Shown here: one piece after another, positions 1-14,300 of the stretch
Numbering within the stretch: the first letter of the stretch is position 1
How the letters are laid out: each line of letters opens with the position of its first letter
Source of the DNA: Paraspadella gotoi
Lineage: Eukaryota; Animalia; Chaetognatha
Length of the DNA stretch: 64,000 nucleotides
Assembly (NCBI GenBank): GCA_051294375.1
Contig: CM119264.1
Span: 19,785,590-19,849,589, forward strand
Direction of reading: 5' to 3'
Program-made: the position numbers and the translations under genes
The notes under the pieces: generated by a model
The model's input: only the letters and a program-made list of their open reading frames with translations
Told to the model about the DNA's origin: nothing
Databases searched by the model: none

Positions 1-1270
1 AGCTAAAAGTGATAATAATAATTTTAACAATTAACTACTATAAATTAGTGAATATGAAAAGTGAAAAATGAAAGGTGAAAGATTTGAGGGATATAAGTTT
101 GGAATAGTTGTTAAAGTGAAAATTTAAGAATAAAGAAAGAGCTCAAAATGAGCTGGCCCCCTTTGGTTGAAGGCTTCCTTGCGGGAAGAGTCCAAGGGCT
201 ACCCGAATGTCTGTCTGGCCTGGTACGCTTGTCGACTGCCCTCTTCTCGCCTGCTGGCGAGGCTGGCGGTTGTCCATTCCTGCCGCTTTTGCAACATGAG
301 TTGTGGACTCCTCCCCTTCCTCCTGCAGCCGTCTTTTGGGTGGGCGCTCACTCCACTGAGAGAGAGAGTGAGTTGCTGCAGGTGAAGGAGAGGCATCGTT
401 TGCCCATTGCCTGCGCAAAGGTCTCCGACTGTTTCTTTGAGTGGATACAGGGGAATCATTGTGCGGACGTGGTGGAGACAGGGCATCCACCAAGCGTATC
501 AGAGCTTGGAGGGAGATCGAATCGTCTTCCATCACGGTTCAAAGAGGGCTCAAGGGCTTTGATGTAAATTGCCTCTCTAATACCTCTTGAGAACCAGTTT
601 GGGTCATGGGACAGCACGAGACAGTCTGACTCTCTGAATAGATGGCCAGTATTTGCTGTGTGTTTGGCAACAGCAGATAGATAGTAAGGCGGGCCAAAAT
701 TGACAAAAAATTTTTTACAAAAAATATTTTTTAAGAACGGATTCCTATCGAGCTTGAAAAGTTAAATGAAAGTTAGTACTACAATTTTTTAAAATTTTGA
801 CAATAAATTGGTTAAAAGTAGAAAAAAACCTTAAAAAATCATCATCATCATCATCATTGGCTGAATTTTATAATTTTTTTAAATTTTTATAAATAAAACC
901 AAAAAAAATTTAAAAGTTGTAGTAATAACTTTTATCTAACTTTTAAAGCTCTAGCAGAATCTATTAAAAAAAATTGAAAAATTAAAAAAAAATTTTAAAC
1001 TTTATGTAGTAATAAAATAATCTTTAAATGCTTCCGTGCGCTTATTAATAAGATAAATTTAAAAAAATATTTTTATTTTCAAATTCTTTAACAGTCACTT
1101 AACCATTATTTATTTGAGAGAACTTCTAGTTTTCAACCTGTTCCGGCCTAATAGATAGTGCCCTCTCGCGTCGCGATAGGGCTTTGTGTGCTGCTGAAAG
1201 TGGTCCATCAGAGACGCCCATGTATGCTGCTGCACAGGCTTGGTTTCCCGTTCCTGCACAGGCCGTCCAA
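1..1270 (-). mobile_element. Duplicate copy of the Penelope-like endonuclease/3' region (with hAT insertion)
   Basis: Near-identical to 15303-16320 plus 17730-17968; translates LSAVAKHTANTGH...RGIREAIYIKALEPSLNRDG and YWTACAGTGNQACAAAYMG. Confidence 0.85.
685..1150. mobile_element. hAT-type MITE
   Basis: Ends TAAGGCGG...CCGGCCTA with 8-bp TSD atagatag (677-684, 1151-1158); splits the Penelope ORF. Confidence 0.75.
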
Positions 1271-2159
1271 TACCATGATGGGAAAAAAAAGTGTCGCGGT
1301 TTAAAAAAGCCAGTTAATTTTATTTGGCTAATAAATAAGTTTTAATAAAATGATTATTTTTTAACAGCATTAAATTATTCAATGCATTCAAATACTTCCA
1401 AAAGAGGTTATCTCTAACTGTTTTCACTTTTTTTTGGATTAAGAAAACTACTCATATTGTTGTTAAAATTATATCTCTGACATGATATTTTTTATCAGAT
1501 TTGGGATAAAAAATGGTCTTTAGCAAGCAATAAAAAAGATTGATCCTCTATAAAGTAAACCAGGTTTGAGTTCCCGAGAGAGATGTTTAACCAAAATGCA
1601 AGTACATGCAGACTGATATTCATTATATACTCACCAAATAAGTATTCCATAAAACCTATTTTCTGTTTTGTCTTATAATACGGATATGATTATCAAAGAA
1701 TTCAAATCAAATTAGCATATATCGTCCTAAAGTAAGCAACACGTATTTATTTGAATATTTGTTCAGATTTTAAATTCATTAATGAATTTTTTAAAATTTG
1801 TCTACGATATATGGTCCCACCCTGTATATTTTCAAATTATGTACTACATCTACGTCTGCATGTTTACGAGAGCGGCTAAGATTAAAACCAAAATATGAAA
1901 TTAAAAGTGGCAAGCATACTCGTATTTTAGATATATCTGCTATTTACTCAACTATAAAACAAAAGGTAATAATTGGATCTTTTTTTATGGAAGAAGGAAC
2001 ACACCACAGCAACAATATGCTATAAATTCTAAATATTTTGAAATATTTTTATTAACCATTAATATAATAACTTAACATTTGCGCCATTTTATACATTACA
2101 TTTATGGGGATCATTTGGGTTATAACCTAAACGGAGAACAATGTGATTTTATAAATTAG

Positions 2160-2300
2160 TGCGCCAATAGATTAAGAAGCATTAGAAAAAAAGAAGCCAC
2201 ATTCTACAAGCTAACTTGTTTCTTTGAATGTTTCATTCATGCGTTCTCCTGCTCCGATATCAAGTGGATGGAAGGATGGAAAGAATCAAGCAATGCTAAG
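2160..2300 (+). CDS. Ig exon, N-terminal half (frameshifted consensus)
   Basis: ttag acceptor and gtatct donor; across frames reads AP..KK.LE...FECFIHA.PAPDIKW.KDGK. Confidence 0.55.
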
Positions 2301-5300
2301 GTATCTCCTCTACTTTTTTGAACTTTTGTCACACAAAAACAATTAAGGGAATTGTATAGAATAAAATATGAATCCGAATTTGAAAAGAAAGCAGTATAAA
2401 CCATTGCAAGAAACTATTTTATACTTACAAATATCTATTAACAGCTTAAATAGTTTTAAACTTCCTTTTATTGAACTCAGGAATCGTTTTCAAACAAAAA
2501 TTGAAAGAGCAGCTTTACCAACTTATATTCAAAGAACCCTTTGCCTGTAATTCTGGAAAATATGAAATTATTGGCCAAATACAATGTTGGTGAAGTAATA
2601 CTGAATGCAACTTAAAATTACTTCTCCCCCATTTTTTGAAAAACCACTAAAAGATGTGGAACTCGGGTAAGAAATGTTATGTATAGACTTTGTGGATAAG
2701 GGCTTAGTGGGCTGAAGAGTGTCTCCTGCGCACACTTGTTTCAACCCCTCTAACAGCCATGGAACGGGTCTGGCTTAAAAGTTATCCCCCTACAGGTGGT
2801 TTACAGCCGTCCTCACTAAAGGCGGAACAGTATTACAACTAACAGAATTCGGTATAAATATTGTTACTGTGTTTTTAAAGATAAAAAAAATTAGATTATT
2901 TTAATGGAAAGCATGAGAAGCTATTTTATATTTTCCCAATACCGGATTCTACATAGAGCTTGAAAAGTTAGTGAAGGTTACTTATACAGACTGTTTTTAA
3001 AATTTAATGATTTATCTATGAAAATTAACAAAAACTATAAAATTTATATGAATGATGATCGATGATTTTTTAAGATTTTTGTCAAATTTTAGCCTATTTT
3101 ATCCAAATTAAAATTTAAGAAATTGTAGTACAAACCTTTATCTTACTTATTTAATCCTTTATCAGATCCATTTTAAAAATTTAAATTCTTAAAAAAATTA
3201 TTAAGCATTTCTTATATAATTTTTTTAAATTATTAAAATGCTTCGATGTGTGAGGAAATTTAATTTTCATCAAAATTTAACATCATAAGTCAATTTGGCT
3301 TGAAAAGGACAAGACTTTTAATGCAGACTTTTCATATTGTAAAAAATGTTAAATTTGGCTGCACTGCATCCCGAAGGTAAGTAACTCAGGCGAGCCAAAA
3401 TTGATCAACCTTTTTATATTAAGAGTTCTGTAAATATAAAATTCATTTGGTCCATCATATACTTAATCAAATATTTAATATCACTTTTTTAACTAGTGAG
3501 CACAGTTATATACATTAAAGCATTTATAATATTTATCAATACATAGGCAAAATTTTTTTTCTAAAAATGTTATCTTTTCAGACGGATTCCAGATAGCCCA
3601 TAAAAGTTGTCTACACAAAGTATAAATGCGTTTTCAATATTTTGATGATAAGTGGGTCAAATAATGAAAATCATCCATCTTCATCGTCGACCTAAATTGT
3701 TTTTTTTTTTGATTTTTTTGTTGCTAATTTTAATGCAATAAAACAAAAAAATTGGAATATTTGTAGTAATATTTTTTATTTATTATTTCATCTCTACACG
3801 AATCCGATTTTTAAAAAATCTTATTTTGAAAAAAATTTTCATGATTTATAGTAATCAAATAAACTTTAATACTTTTGTTATTAATTATATATATAAAATC
3901 TTAATTTTTTTTAATTTGCGTCATCCCACAGGGATGTTCTAACGTATTATATACAGACACTCTTAGTTTTACTTTATTCCGCCCTAGTAAGTACAATTGG
4001 GGATCGATCCGGAACGCGAATGGTCATAAGCTGAGAATTACTCAAGAAAACCGCAATATCAACGAACAGAGTTATGCTGCATAGGCGAGGAATTTTATTT
4101 TATAAAACGGACATTTTTCAGCTTGATACACCCTTCTTCATCGTAAAACTGAGTGGTAAAAAAAATTTAATTTTGTATACGTCTTGTTCCAATGAAAGAA
4201 ATAATAACAAGAATGTAATTCTTTCGCTCATTTGCGTTTGGTAAGGAGATCAACCTTCACTTTGGTGAACTATTTCATTTTTTTAATTGACTCAATATCG
4301 CAAACCAAAAACCAACCAAAAAGGCTCGAATTTTTTTTTTTTAGTATTTGGTAAAACTATTCAATTGGATGCAACTGTATTGGAACTCCAGAACCTCGTT
4401 GTGAAATGGTTTAAAGGATGATAAGCCCTCTGACTTTGATGGAGATCGCAATACGAATAGAAGTAATTTCATTATTGTCGCATTATTGTCTGAAATTAAA
4501 AGTAATATTCTAATTTTAAAGCGACAAAAAACCAACCACCTTTTGATAAATTAAAAAACTACTGAAGTAGATGCCGGCTTCATATAAAAGTGATAGGTGC
4601 AATGATGGCAGGATATAGCGATTCAGTTGGACGGATCGCCGTTTTTGGTAAGATTAGGTTTTAAAAATATTCTTTATTTTTCTCTACAGACTCATTCTTA
4701 AATGGGAATAAAAAAAATCAAGATTCAGTTGATCATTTATTACGAGTAGCCATAAACCGATCTAAGTTAAATCAAATTCATTATAGTGTCAAAATTAATC
4801 TATTATAAGCATAGATTATAATGTTAAAATATTTTTTTTTAAATAGCTTTCTTCTAAGTCTAATTAAATAATTTATTACTATAATAAAGAAAAGAAAATT
4901 GAAATACTTAAATATTGATTCTGTTAGAGAATAAAAGTTAGCAAAAATTTATATCACGTTTTAAAATTATCATTTTCCCATTAAAAAGTTTTAAAGAAAG
5001 ATTTTTTTGAAAAGATGAGAGATGAAATTTTTTTATTTTTTTTGAAAAGTATCATTATTAGTGAGTACTATTCTGTAATTATTTTTTTTTACAGAAATGT
5101 AGCCCAGTCGTGTTATTTGTAAAATAGTACTACCCTTATATAATATCAAGTTTCAAATATTTGTTTTAATTCTGAGAACAGATTCAAAATTTTTGTAAAA
5201 AGTTGAAGAAAGAAATAATAAACCTTTTAAAAATGATGTCATTAGTAGGTTAAAATTATAAAAAACTATTTTTTAAGCTGGAAATTATAAATCGGCGTTT

Positions 5301-8300
5301 TAAATATACGTTTTTTTTATATTTTGACACACTTAATGAAAAAAAATTTGAAGAAATAATCTATACTTTCTATATCAACTTATTGCATAGGAATCCAATC
5401 CGATCTTAAATTTTAAAAAATTTATTTTGAAATTTAGAGACTATTTATATTATTATTATATATTAAATAAGCTTACTGGGCCCACTAAGGCATAGTGAAA
5501 GTACATAACGGAAAATTTTAAAAAGTCAATTATGAACAACATACCATCAGTGAACATTAATTTGTAAAAAATTAATTTTATTTTTTTAATTTTTGCAGTA
5601 GGCTAAATTTATATATAGTGATCTTCCTTATTTCAAATTTCAAATAGCTTTTCTTAAGTTTGATTGCAGATTTGAATTCGCTTATCAAAAAGGTTGATAA
5701 GAAAATATAAATCATTCTTAAAAAATTCTTTCATTAAAGTGGGTTAAAATTATAAAAACATATATTAATATATAAAAGTTAATTTTAACTTAAAATATAG
5801 TTTTCTCATTTTTGACACCACTTAATGAAGAATTTTTTCAACACAGAACTATATGTTTCTTTTTATCACTTTTATGAACAAATATTAAATCTGCAAAAAA
5901 ATCTTAATGAAAAAAACGTTTTGAAATTTTAACATTTCATTGGTTTAGTACTAGATAAATATGGCCTACAGCATAAAATTGTAAATTTTTTTTATTACAT
6001 AAATGTTTATTAGGATACATGTTGTTCGTTCCGCTCATCTTTTAGAAATTTTTAAATTAAAAGTTAAATTGTAAAAATTTTACTATGCTTGGTAGCCACT
6101 AATGTAATAATTATAAAAGTAAATTACCAAAGTAATTTTTATTAGTTTTAATTTTTATGCTTTATATGCTAAATTTAAATTTTCTAAAATTTTATTATTT
6201 CACATCACTCTAAATGTTATTGTGTTTTTGCTTTTTCTTTTTTCTCAACCATGCTTCAGTTTGATTTGTAGAGCTAGATATATATTCCATACAAAATTTC
6301 ATTGAAAACTTATTCTTTTTTAAAAAGGCGAATTTTTTATTATTAAGTGCCTTTTGACCTCTTTTTTAAACAAAAACAAAAATAATTAAGGTAATAGAGT
6401 TATATTATATTATTTTGATTTTAAAATACAAATATGTGGGCTAAATAATGTTTTTTGTTAAAATTCTCAGATCTGTTTTAAAAACGGAAGTGGTTTGTGG
6501 CAAAAAGTGGCTCTGAAAATCCAATAAAGAAGGCCAATCGGGGAAATTTTTTATGGTGATATTCGTTTTCTTCACTAAATTTTTGCAATAAGAACTTTGC
6601 AAGAACCTAGAACTTATAAAATTGGTTTGATTAATTCTGGGAGAACTATTAGACAGATAACTTTTTAAGCTATCTGAATCTGTTCTAAAAAACTATAATT
6701 TAGTGAAAAAAGTTGTTTATCCAAAAATAATTTTAAAAAATTAATGCACTAGGGTATATACGCATATAGAAATTGGAGATTTTTTTTTTCTTTCTATTAA
6801 AAGTTTTCTAAAATGTTTTAAAATTTTCATTTGAGCAGTTACTCACTTAAATATTTGCTCGACATCGCATTGAGTCCGGCTACCCCTGAAAGTTCAGGTT
6901 CTATAAGGTGACGTTTTTTTTCGCCATTCCTCTCTGCCTGATTCAGTAATTAAACAAAATAGCTTCTCTTCATAGCTATGGAAGACAGAGATAGGAAGTT
7001 GAAATAAGAAAGAATCGTTGATATTTAAATTTTTTAACAGTTCCTCCAATGTTTTGAAATACCATTATTAGAAAAAATTAGAAGCAGCTTGTGTGAAGAA
7101 ACTTTTACTTTTGAAGTAAAAGTTATTAGGCATTCCGTCTCCAGATATAACTTGGCTTCAAGGTCAATTGTTGTAATTTAGAATTGTCTTATGGCCGTAT
7201 TCACCATCTTCCTCTCTATTCACTTCTTAATTTATAAAACCTTTTTTATTCGCTGTAATACATACTCTATTTTATATATTAAGGATTTATTCGTTTTATC
7301 TTTTATCGTCTTAACTGTCAATTGTGTCTTTTATTTCAGAAAAAATATATAATAAAGATAAAATGTAATGTTAAAACCCAACTAATAAATATTTTTTATA
7401 GGATGATAAACCAGTAAAACGACCTAAGAAAGAGAAGAAGAGGAAGTGACTTTTGGAAATCCGAAATTGGCTTGCATAAAATGAACATTACAAAGTCTGT
7501 GAAAAAGATGCGGGAAAATATAGGTACGGTTGCTTAAGGTATTGAAATCTGAAAGTATTTTCTAATCTAATAGCCAAATGGCTGCGGTCATAGGTTGTAG
7601 TGAATACCGCGACTCTCCGTCATTTTGTTGATCTTGATCTCGATTATCTTAAACTCTTCGGAATCTGCTTATCGCAGATTCCGCACTCTATGCAATTCAC
7701 TTTGTTGGTCTGTCGGTCCCATACAGTTAATTATTACATCTAGATTACATTGCAGATTGGATCGTAAGCGACATAATTTTTTAATCAGATTGCGTATTCG
7801 AATTAATCATGTTTTTTTTATTTTCCCTCATCGGAAAAAGTATTATCAATTAATCAACCCGATTAATCAAACTCAAATCGTTTGATTACCGCAAACTAAT
7901 TTTAAAGGATTCGTAGGCTGATGGCGGCATTGTTTTGTCACACTAGTTCCTCATGCAGGGACTGCGGCAAACAACTTATTTTTTTATTGATTTTTTTTAG
8001 TGTATAAAGCAACTATAAGTGTTGGAAAAGCGACTCAACTGTAGTTTGATGCGTTGGAAGCCCACCTGAGTATGCATCATGTTCAAGGATATTGTTTCTA
8101 AAAGAAGGAGAAAGCTTAAGCTTGAGCTTGGAAGTTTTTGGTATGACTACTCGGAAGTAATTGGTATCCATCGAGACGAACCATTGAAAAAAATAAAAAA
8201 GATACAGTAGTCATTTAAAGAATGAAACCTAAAAAGGAGTTGAAATTAAATTTTATTTGGGTCAGCCGGATCAAAATAACTGGAAGCAAATTCAAACATA

Positions 8301-11300
8301 GGCATTAACATCAGCAAAGCTGCTCAGCGATGATGGTGTTTTAAAGTGATCGTTAAACAAATTTGGTTGGAACAAAAGAACATCAAGCTAATTGGTTTCT
8401 GAAACCCATGCCGAAGATTACTGAATCACATAAAGATGTTGGGTTGTGGCGTAAGGAGAAGTCAACACTGCCCTTCCATTGTGTAATTGACGGGTAAGTT
8501 TTTAAATGTTAAGCCAATGTGACTTAAAATAAGCGTTAAGTTGATAATAATTTCAGACATAACCACATTTGAATGGCCGACAAAGTTTTAATTAGAATAC
8601 CCAGTCTGAGTATCAATTCTGTTCGTATTTTCCAAGCTCTTTTTAACTAAAAAGTTTTATTTAAAAAAAACTTTTGTCGCCCGAGCCAGGGTGTTGAAGA
8701 GTCAAATATGGAATTCACCAATTTTTTAAGTATTTTTACTTTTTCTAGTTATTTTTTTTTAATATAAGTAATCTTTAATCAAGTTATTACTTCTGATAAT
8801 GATTTAATTTATCCTATTTTAAGCTGTTTTTAAAACCATTCATATTAAAAAATATTAGTTTTTTAAGCTAAGCCAAGGGGTGTGAAGAGCTAAAATGTTT
8901 AAAAACTTTTTTTTTAATATTTATAAATTATAGTTTATATTTTTTTAAAGATAACTATTTAATAAATGTAAGAAAATATTTGATATCTTTAATGCATTGA
9001 GGCCGACTTCCACAGCTTTAAGTTAATCATTATATTAATTAATGTTTTTAAAACTGCAAACGCCAAAACTTCTATGATCAAAAGCAATTAATTTTAATTT
9101 TTAATCACAAAATATAATTGGTTTAAAGATATAATTTGAAATACAATATTCGGATATTACTATAAAAAATTGTTTACTTATTCTATATAATATAATTATA
9201 TTTATATTATAAATATAAATATATTTGTATTTAAAAAAATAATTTAAAAATGATAATCTAAATATAAATTTTGTACGGGGATAAGAGTAATTAGTTTTGG
9301 TTTTAACTCTATATAGCAATATTTTGTTATTATAATAAAATAATTTTTCTTAATATACAATAATTTTAAAAAAATAATAATTGTTTTTTAATTTTTTTCA
9401 TAAATAATTGTTTAACAAGGTTTTGTTTTTCTCACTAAATCTAAAAACACAATAAGGAAAAGAAGTTATGGTTTATAAAGAATTCATTAAAATAACTACC
9501 TCTTATAGTCCGATTCATATATTTAAATTAATTCATAAATTCATTAATTAATTACTTGATTAGTAATTTTAACAAGTTTAAATTATAAACATTGTATTGA
9601 ACTTGTTTATTGCATTTTTAGATCTATAAAAAAAATTTATATTAACAAAAAAATTTAATAAATTTGTTAACATTTTATTTTTTCGTTGTTAACAAATTCA
9701 TTAAATTTTCTTTGTATCTCTAAACAACAAAAAAGAAATAATCAAACATATGAAATGTTAACAATATTTTTTTATAAAAAAGTTTTTCTAAATAACTAAA
9801 ATTAAATTTTTAATTAAAATATAAATTCATTTCTATCCTAGCATCCCACGTAGTCCTCCCTAGCCCTAACCGTCCGCTTCGCGTCCAAGGCAAGCATGAA
9901 CTTGAACCTATCATCGGCCATAAACTTTCCATCTGTAACTTTCCAGTTGGGTATATCTACAACAACCTTGTTGATCATAATGCCTCATTTTACTTTACAA
10001 CCCGAATTAACAATTACTTCAAACTTTAAAACTAAACACTAACCCTTAACCTAATTTGCTAAAATTGCCATAACTAGAACATTAGTTTAACAGTTCATTA
10101 ACAAAATTATTATTTTTCTATGCGATATCGCATAAAATATGGATAGTGGATATCATTTGAATAATTATATCTTTTGGTTGTAACAATTTCATTATATGAT
10201 TAAAAAATTTTATGAATTGCTTTGTTTTTAAAATAAATCTTTAAAAAAAAACTTTTTAGAAATAGGTCACAATATTTTTAATGCTTTTAATTATAAAAAA
10301 TATAATTAACTATTTTATTAACTTAAAAAAACATTTAAAATTTTTAAATATTTTATTATCATGATTAAAATTATGTAATCCTTAAAAAAATAATAAATTA
10401 TTATTTGAAAATATTAAAAAACAATTTAGAAATTTTAGCTCTTTTAACACCCCTGGCTTAAGCCCTAAACCATATTTTTTGAGAATGAATGTTTTAAAAA
10501 ATAGTTAAATATGATAATTTAAAAGCATTATCATTAGTAATTAACTTGATTAATGTTAAATTACTGAAAAAAAGCTAAAAAATACTCTAAAAGGGTGAAA
10601 TCCATATTTTGGCTCTTTAACACCCTGGCTCGGGCAAAAAAGTTTTTTTTAAAATAAAACTTTTAGTTAAAAGAGCTTGGAAAAACGAACGAAATGACAC
10701 GCGAGACTGGTTGTTTATTTAAAACATTGTCGATTCAAATTGTCTAATGAGCATGCCATCTATTTGTAGTATAGAAAATTTAAAGAAGCAAAAACTCAAT
10801 AGTTAAACATAATTTTTTGTTTTAGTCGGATCTCCTTTCAGCAGATCCTGACTCTATAATTCACTTTGTTCGTCCGTCGGTCCACCGCCCATCAAAATTG
10901 TTGGCGGCAGTCACTTAAGTCATGTCAAGAACATCAATTATGATAAATTATGTTAGAGAAAAAGTTTGTTTGTTTGATAACAACGATTTTTTATTTACAT
11001 TAGGACATGTTTCGGCTCTTGCTTTAAGCCTTCATCAGCGTTGGGTCTCACATAACAATTTTTCTCTTTGAACATTGAAAGTTAGAGAGAGAGAGAGAGA
11101 GAGAGAGAAAGGGAGAGAGAGAGAAGAAATAAGCTTCAAACAGAACAGGACATGTGGGTCAGAATTGAGGACAGGTGAAGGTAGGGGAGCAGAAGAAGGG
11201 AAAGTCGTCCGTAACTCGTCCACATTACAAAAAACACTAATTATCGTGATTGGATGGATGGATTGAATAAAATTTGTGATGTGGGTAGGGTAGTGTGTGA

Positions 11301-14300
11301 TTGAGCTTTAATGAGTTGATGGAATGTCCGAGTGGATGAGTTTAAGATGGAAAAATTAAAAAATAAAATCACTATTACACCAATATCATTGAGTGGATGG
11401 GCGTTGATTTGAAATTTGTATTGGTAGAAAAGGTGTTATTAAAGCTGAAATCAAGTTAATGAATCTGAGTGGAACATGAGTTTAAATAGAAAACAACAAT
11501 GAACTATTTCACTAATCCTCATTAATGGCTTCTTTTTAATATTTAAATGTAATTGCAAGATTAATATTAAATTACTATCAAATAATTAATCATTAGTTTA
11601 TTAATCCATTAGTCATTAATTTAATCAATATTAGATTAATCAGTCAATTAATCATCAAACAAACATTTCTGATCAAAATTAATTAATTGCCTAATTAACT
11701 TAAATAGAATTAATTATTAATTAATTATATAATTAATTAACTTGAATTATATTAAATTAATTAATTAATTACCGATAATGATCGTGGGCAGATCCGACAT
11801 TGTTTGCTCAAACAACTTTTTAATAAGAAATTCTATCTTGATATGCAAAAAAACAAAATAAGAAATGATTTGAATGTGTTAACGATTCACGGAAAAGTTA
11901 TAAAATATGAGGCCTTATTTTTCCACAATTATCCCATTTCATCTTAAATTCGGGATTAAATTAGTTTTTGGTTTAAAAGTTAGGTTAGAGGTTATGGGTT
12001 AACGATTAGGTTAAGTGTTAGGTTAGGGTTTAGTGACTAGGGTTTGTGTTAGGGATTGGGTTAGGGTTAAAAATTAGGATTAAAGTTAGGGTTAAAAATT
12101 AGGTTAAGGTTAGCGATAGGGTTAGGAATTATATCAGAGGGTAAAATATTAAATTAAAATCAATTCAAGGGATTAAGGAACAGAAATGTATTTTTGTATT
12201 TTTCTTAGTTACTCTGAGCAACTAATAATGATTTAAGGAATATCTAAGTAAAAATATATGGCAAAATATTGAATAATATGTATACATGCATTCATCGTCA
12301 ATCGGTTCATCTTTTACTTATTTAAAATGTTTTTTGGTTGCGCCCAAATGTAGAAATATATATTTTTTTAATCAGGCATGCCGATTCCTAAAGCTTATTG
12401 GTTTATAAGATGGCAAACAGATTGCTGATCAACCAGGAAAATATCAGACGAAACAGGATGGAATGGTAAGTACTATTTAAGAGTAAAGATTTCAGATGAA
12501 AAATAAATTGTTATATTTGTTTTTACAGAATTATTTTTTTAACAATTGAAAAATGTGGAAGAGAGTGATTTTGGGAATTACATCTGTCGTGCGGAGAGTG
12601 AAGCTGGATTAGATGAATGCCAGGGAATAATTTCGAAGCGAAGTAAGTTTATAATCTATTTTTTATCGTTACAATCGCTTGCGCTTGCAACGATTGGTGA
12701 CGATGGTCCCAAAACTAACTTAATGAAATAATTTTTAAAAAAAGAGTTATATTCTTTATATCATTTTTTTATGACAAAAACAAATCTGAAATTTTAACAT
12801 TTATTGGATGAGTACTATTTATAAATATGGCCTAATGCGTAAATTAAAAAAATTATAATAACATTTTTTTATATATAAATGTTCATTAGTATAATGTTGT
12901 TCTTTCCTCACTTTTAAAATTTTTAAACTTAAAAATTTTTACTACGCCTTACTCGGCATAGACTAGTGCCTGCATTCGAGCTTCTTGGTCTTCCAGAGTG
13001 AGGACTGAGGAGTCATGTCAAATGATTTTTGATTTGTTGTATCGCAGTAAGAATTTTGCAATGGTGTAAAGACTGAGTGCAAGTCTATTGCTGATAAATT
13101 GTTGAGTCTTTTGCTCTATTCTGAGAGCTACACCTTTATTAACCAAATTAAAAAATAACTAAATAAAAACAAATAACTCGATACCAAGAATGGTGGAAGA
13201 GGTAGTGATTTATTTGCCTGTAAATTCTAAACGATTTGAGCTAATGAAATAATAATATAATTTTAAATTTTCTGATTTTTTAAAAATAAAACAAGTTTTT
13301 GATATATTGAATAGATATATTGAAGAGACATAATTATTGATATATGTTAGGGACAGAACCGTTCAATATAAGCAGTCCCTGAGCTTCGGAGAGGATGTAA
13401 CACCATGTTACAGGCGGGTTAAGCGCCCCGTCCCTCTTAACTGCTAAGCGGACACCGGGCTAGAACCCCGGACCTTTGGGTTGGAGGCGAATGACTTGCC
13501 TCCGGCACCAATGGCCGCTGAATAAACGGTTGGTGGATTTTAGTCCACCATAATATGCTCCACGAAAATAAAAATGTGATATACTTTTTGCCTAGATGGT
13601 ACTAATCTATTTTTGTAAATTAATTTTATTCAATTAGGTTTTATTTTAAACTTATTAGCGTATTCCAAGGGATTTTCTCATAAAATAGTCTATTTTGAGT
13701 AAAAGAGGATGTCGGATCTAGTTCGTTGGCAAAAATGCCTTTGCTATGGCTCTCTCTGGTAATTTTTCACACCAATTTTGATATTTATATTTTGGTCCGG
13801 GTATTAGTGTTGAGTTCATTACATCCTTCCTCTATCCCTAACCCTAAACTCAATCTCAACCATAACAAAAAATATAATGAAATCATATTTGTATATTAGT
13901 GTGAAGTGAAAGTTTGGAATCGAAATTTAGCAATTATACTGAAAATAATCATATAGTGAAACAATACTAATCTATATTATTTTTTTTTATAACTATTGTA
14001 TCCCAGTCAGCTTATTTTGTAATGTTATTGTAATGTTGTTATGTTATTATGTAATGTCAAAATTTCAAAATATTTTTTTTTAACTTCTGAGAACAGATTC
14101 ATATTCCTCATTAAAAGTTGATAAAATAAAATATAAAGCTTTTTTCAAAATAATGTTATTAAGTAGGTTAAACTTATAAAAAACTGTATTTTTACCCTCG
14201 AAATTGAAAATCAGCATCTTAAATATAGTTTTTTACATTTTTAACCAATGTAATGAAAGAATTTTTTGTAAAGAATCTAAATTCGATCTTAAAATTTAAA

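Noticed and set aside
143-567. Overlapping ORFs on both strands (also 15425-15861)
   Set aside because: They lie in the GC-rich tail of the Penelope element and change frame between the two copies.
13448-13518. Functional tRNA-Trp gene
   Set aside because: The anticodon stem is mispaired, the D arm and T loop are non-canonical, and it is embedded in an LTR.
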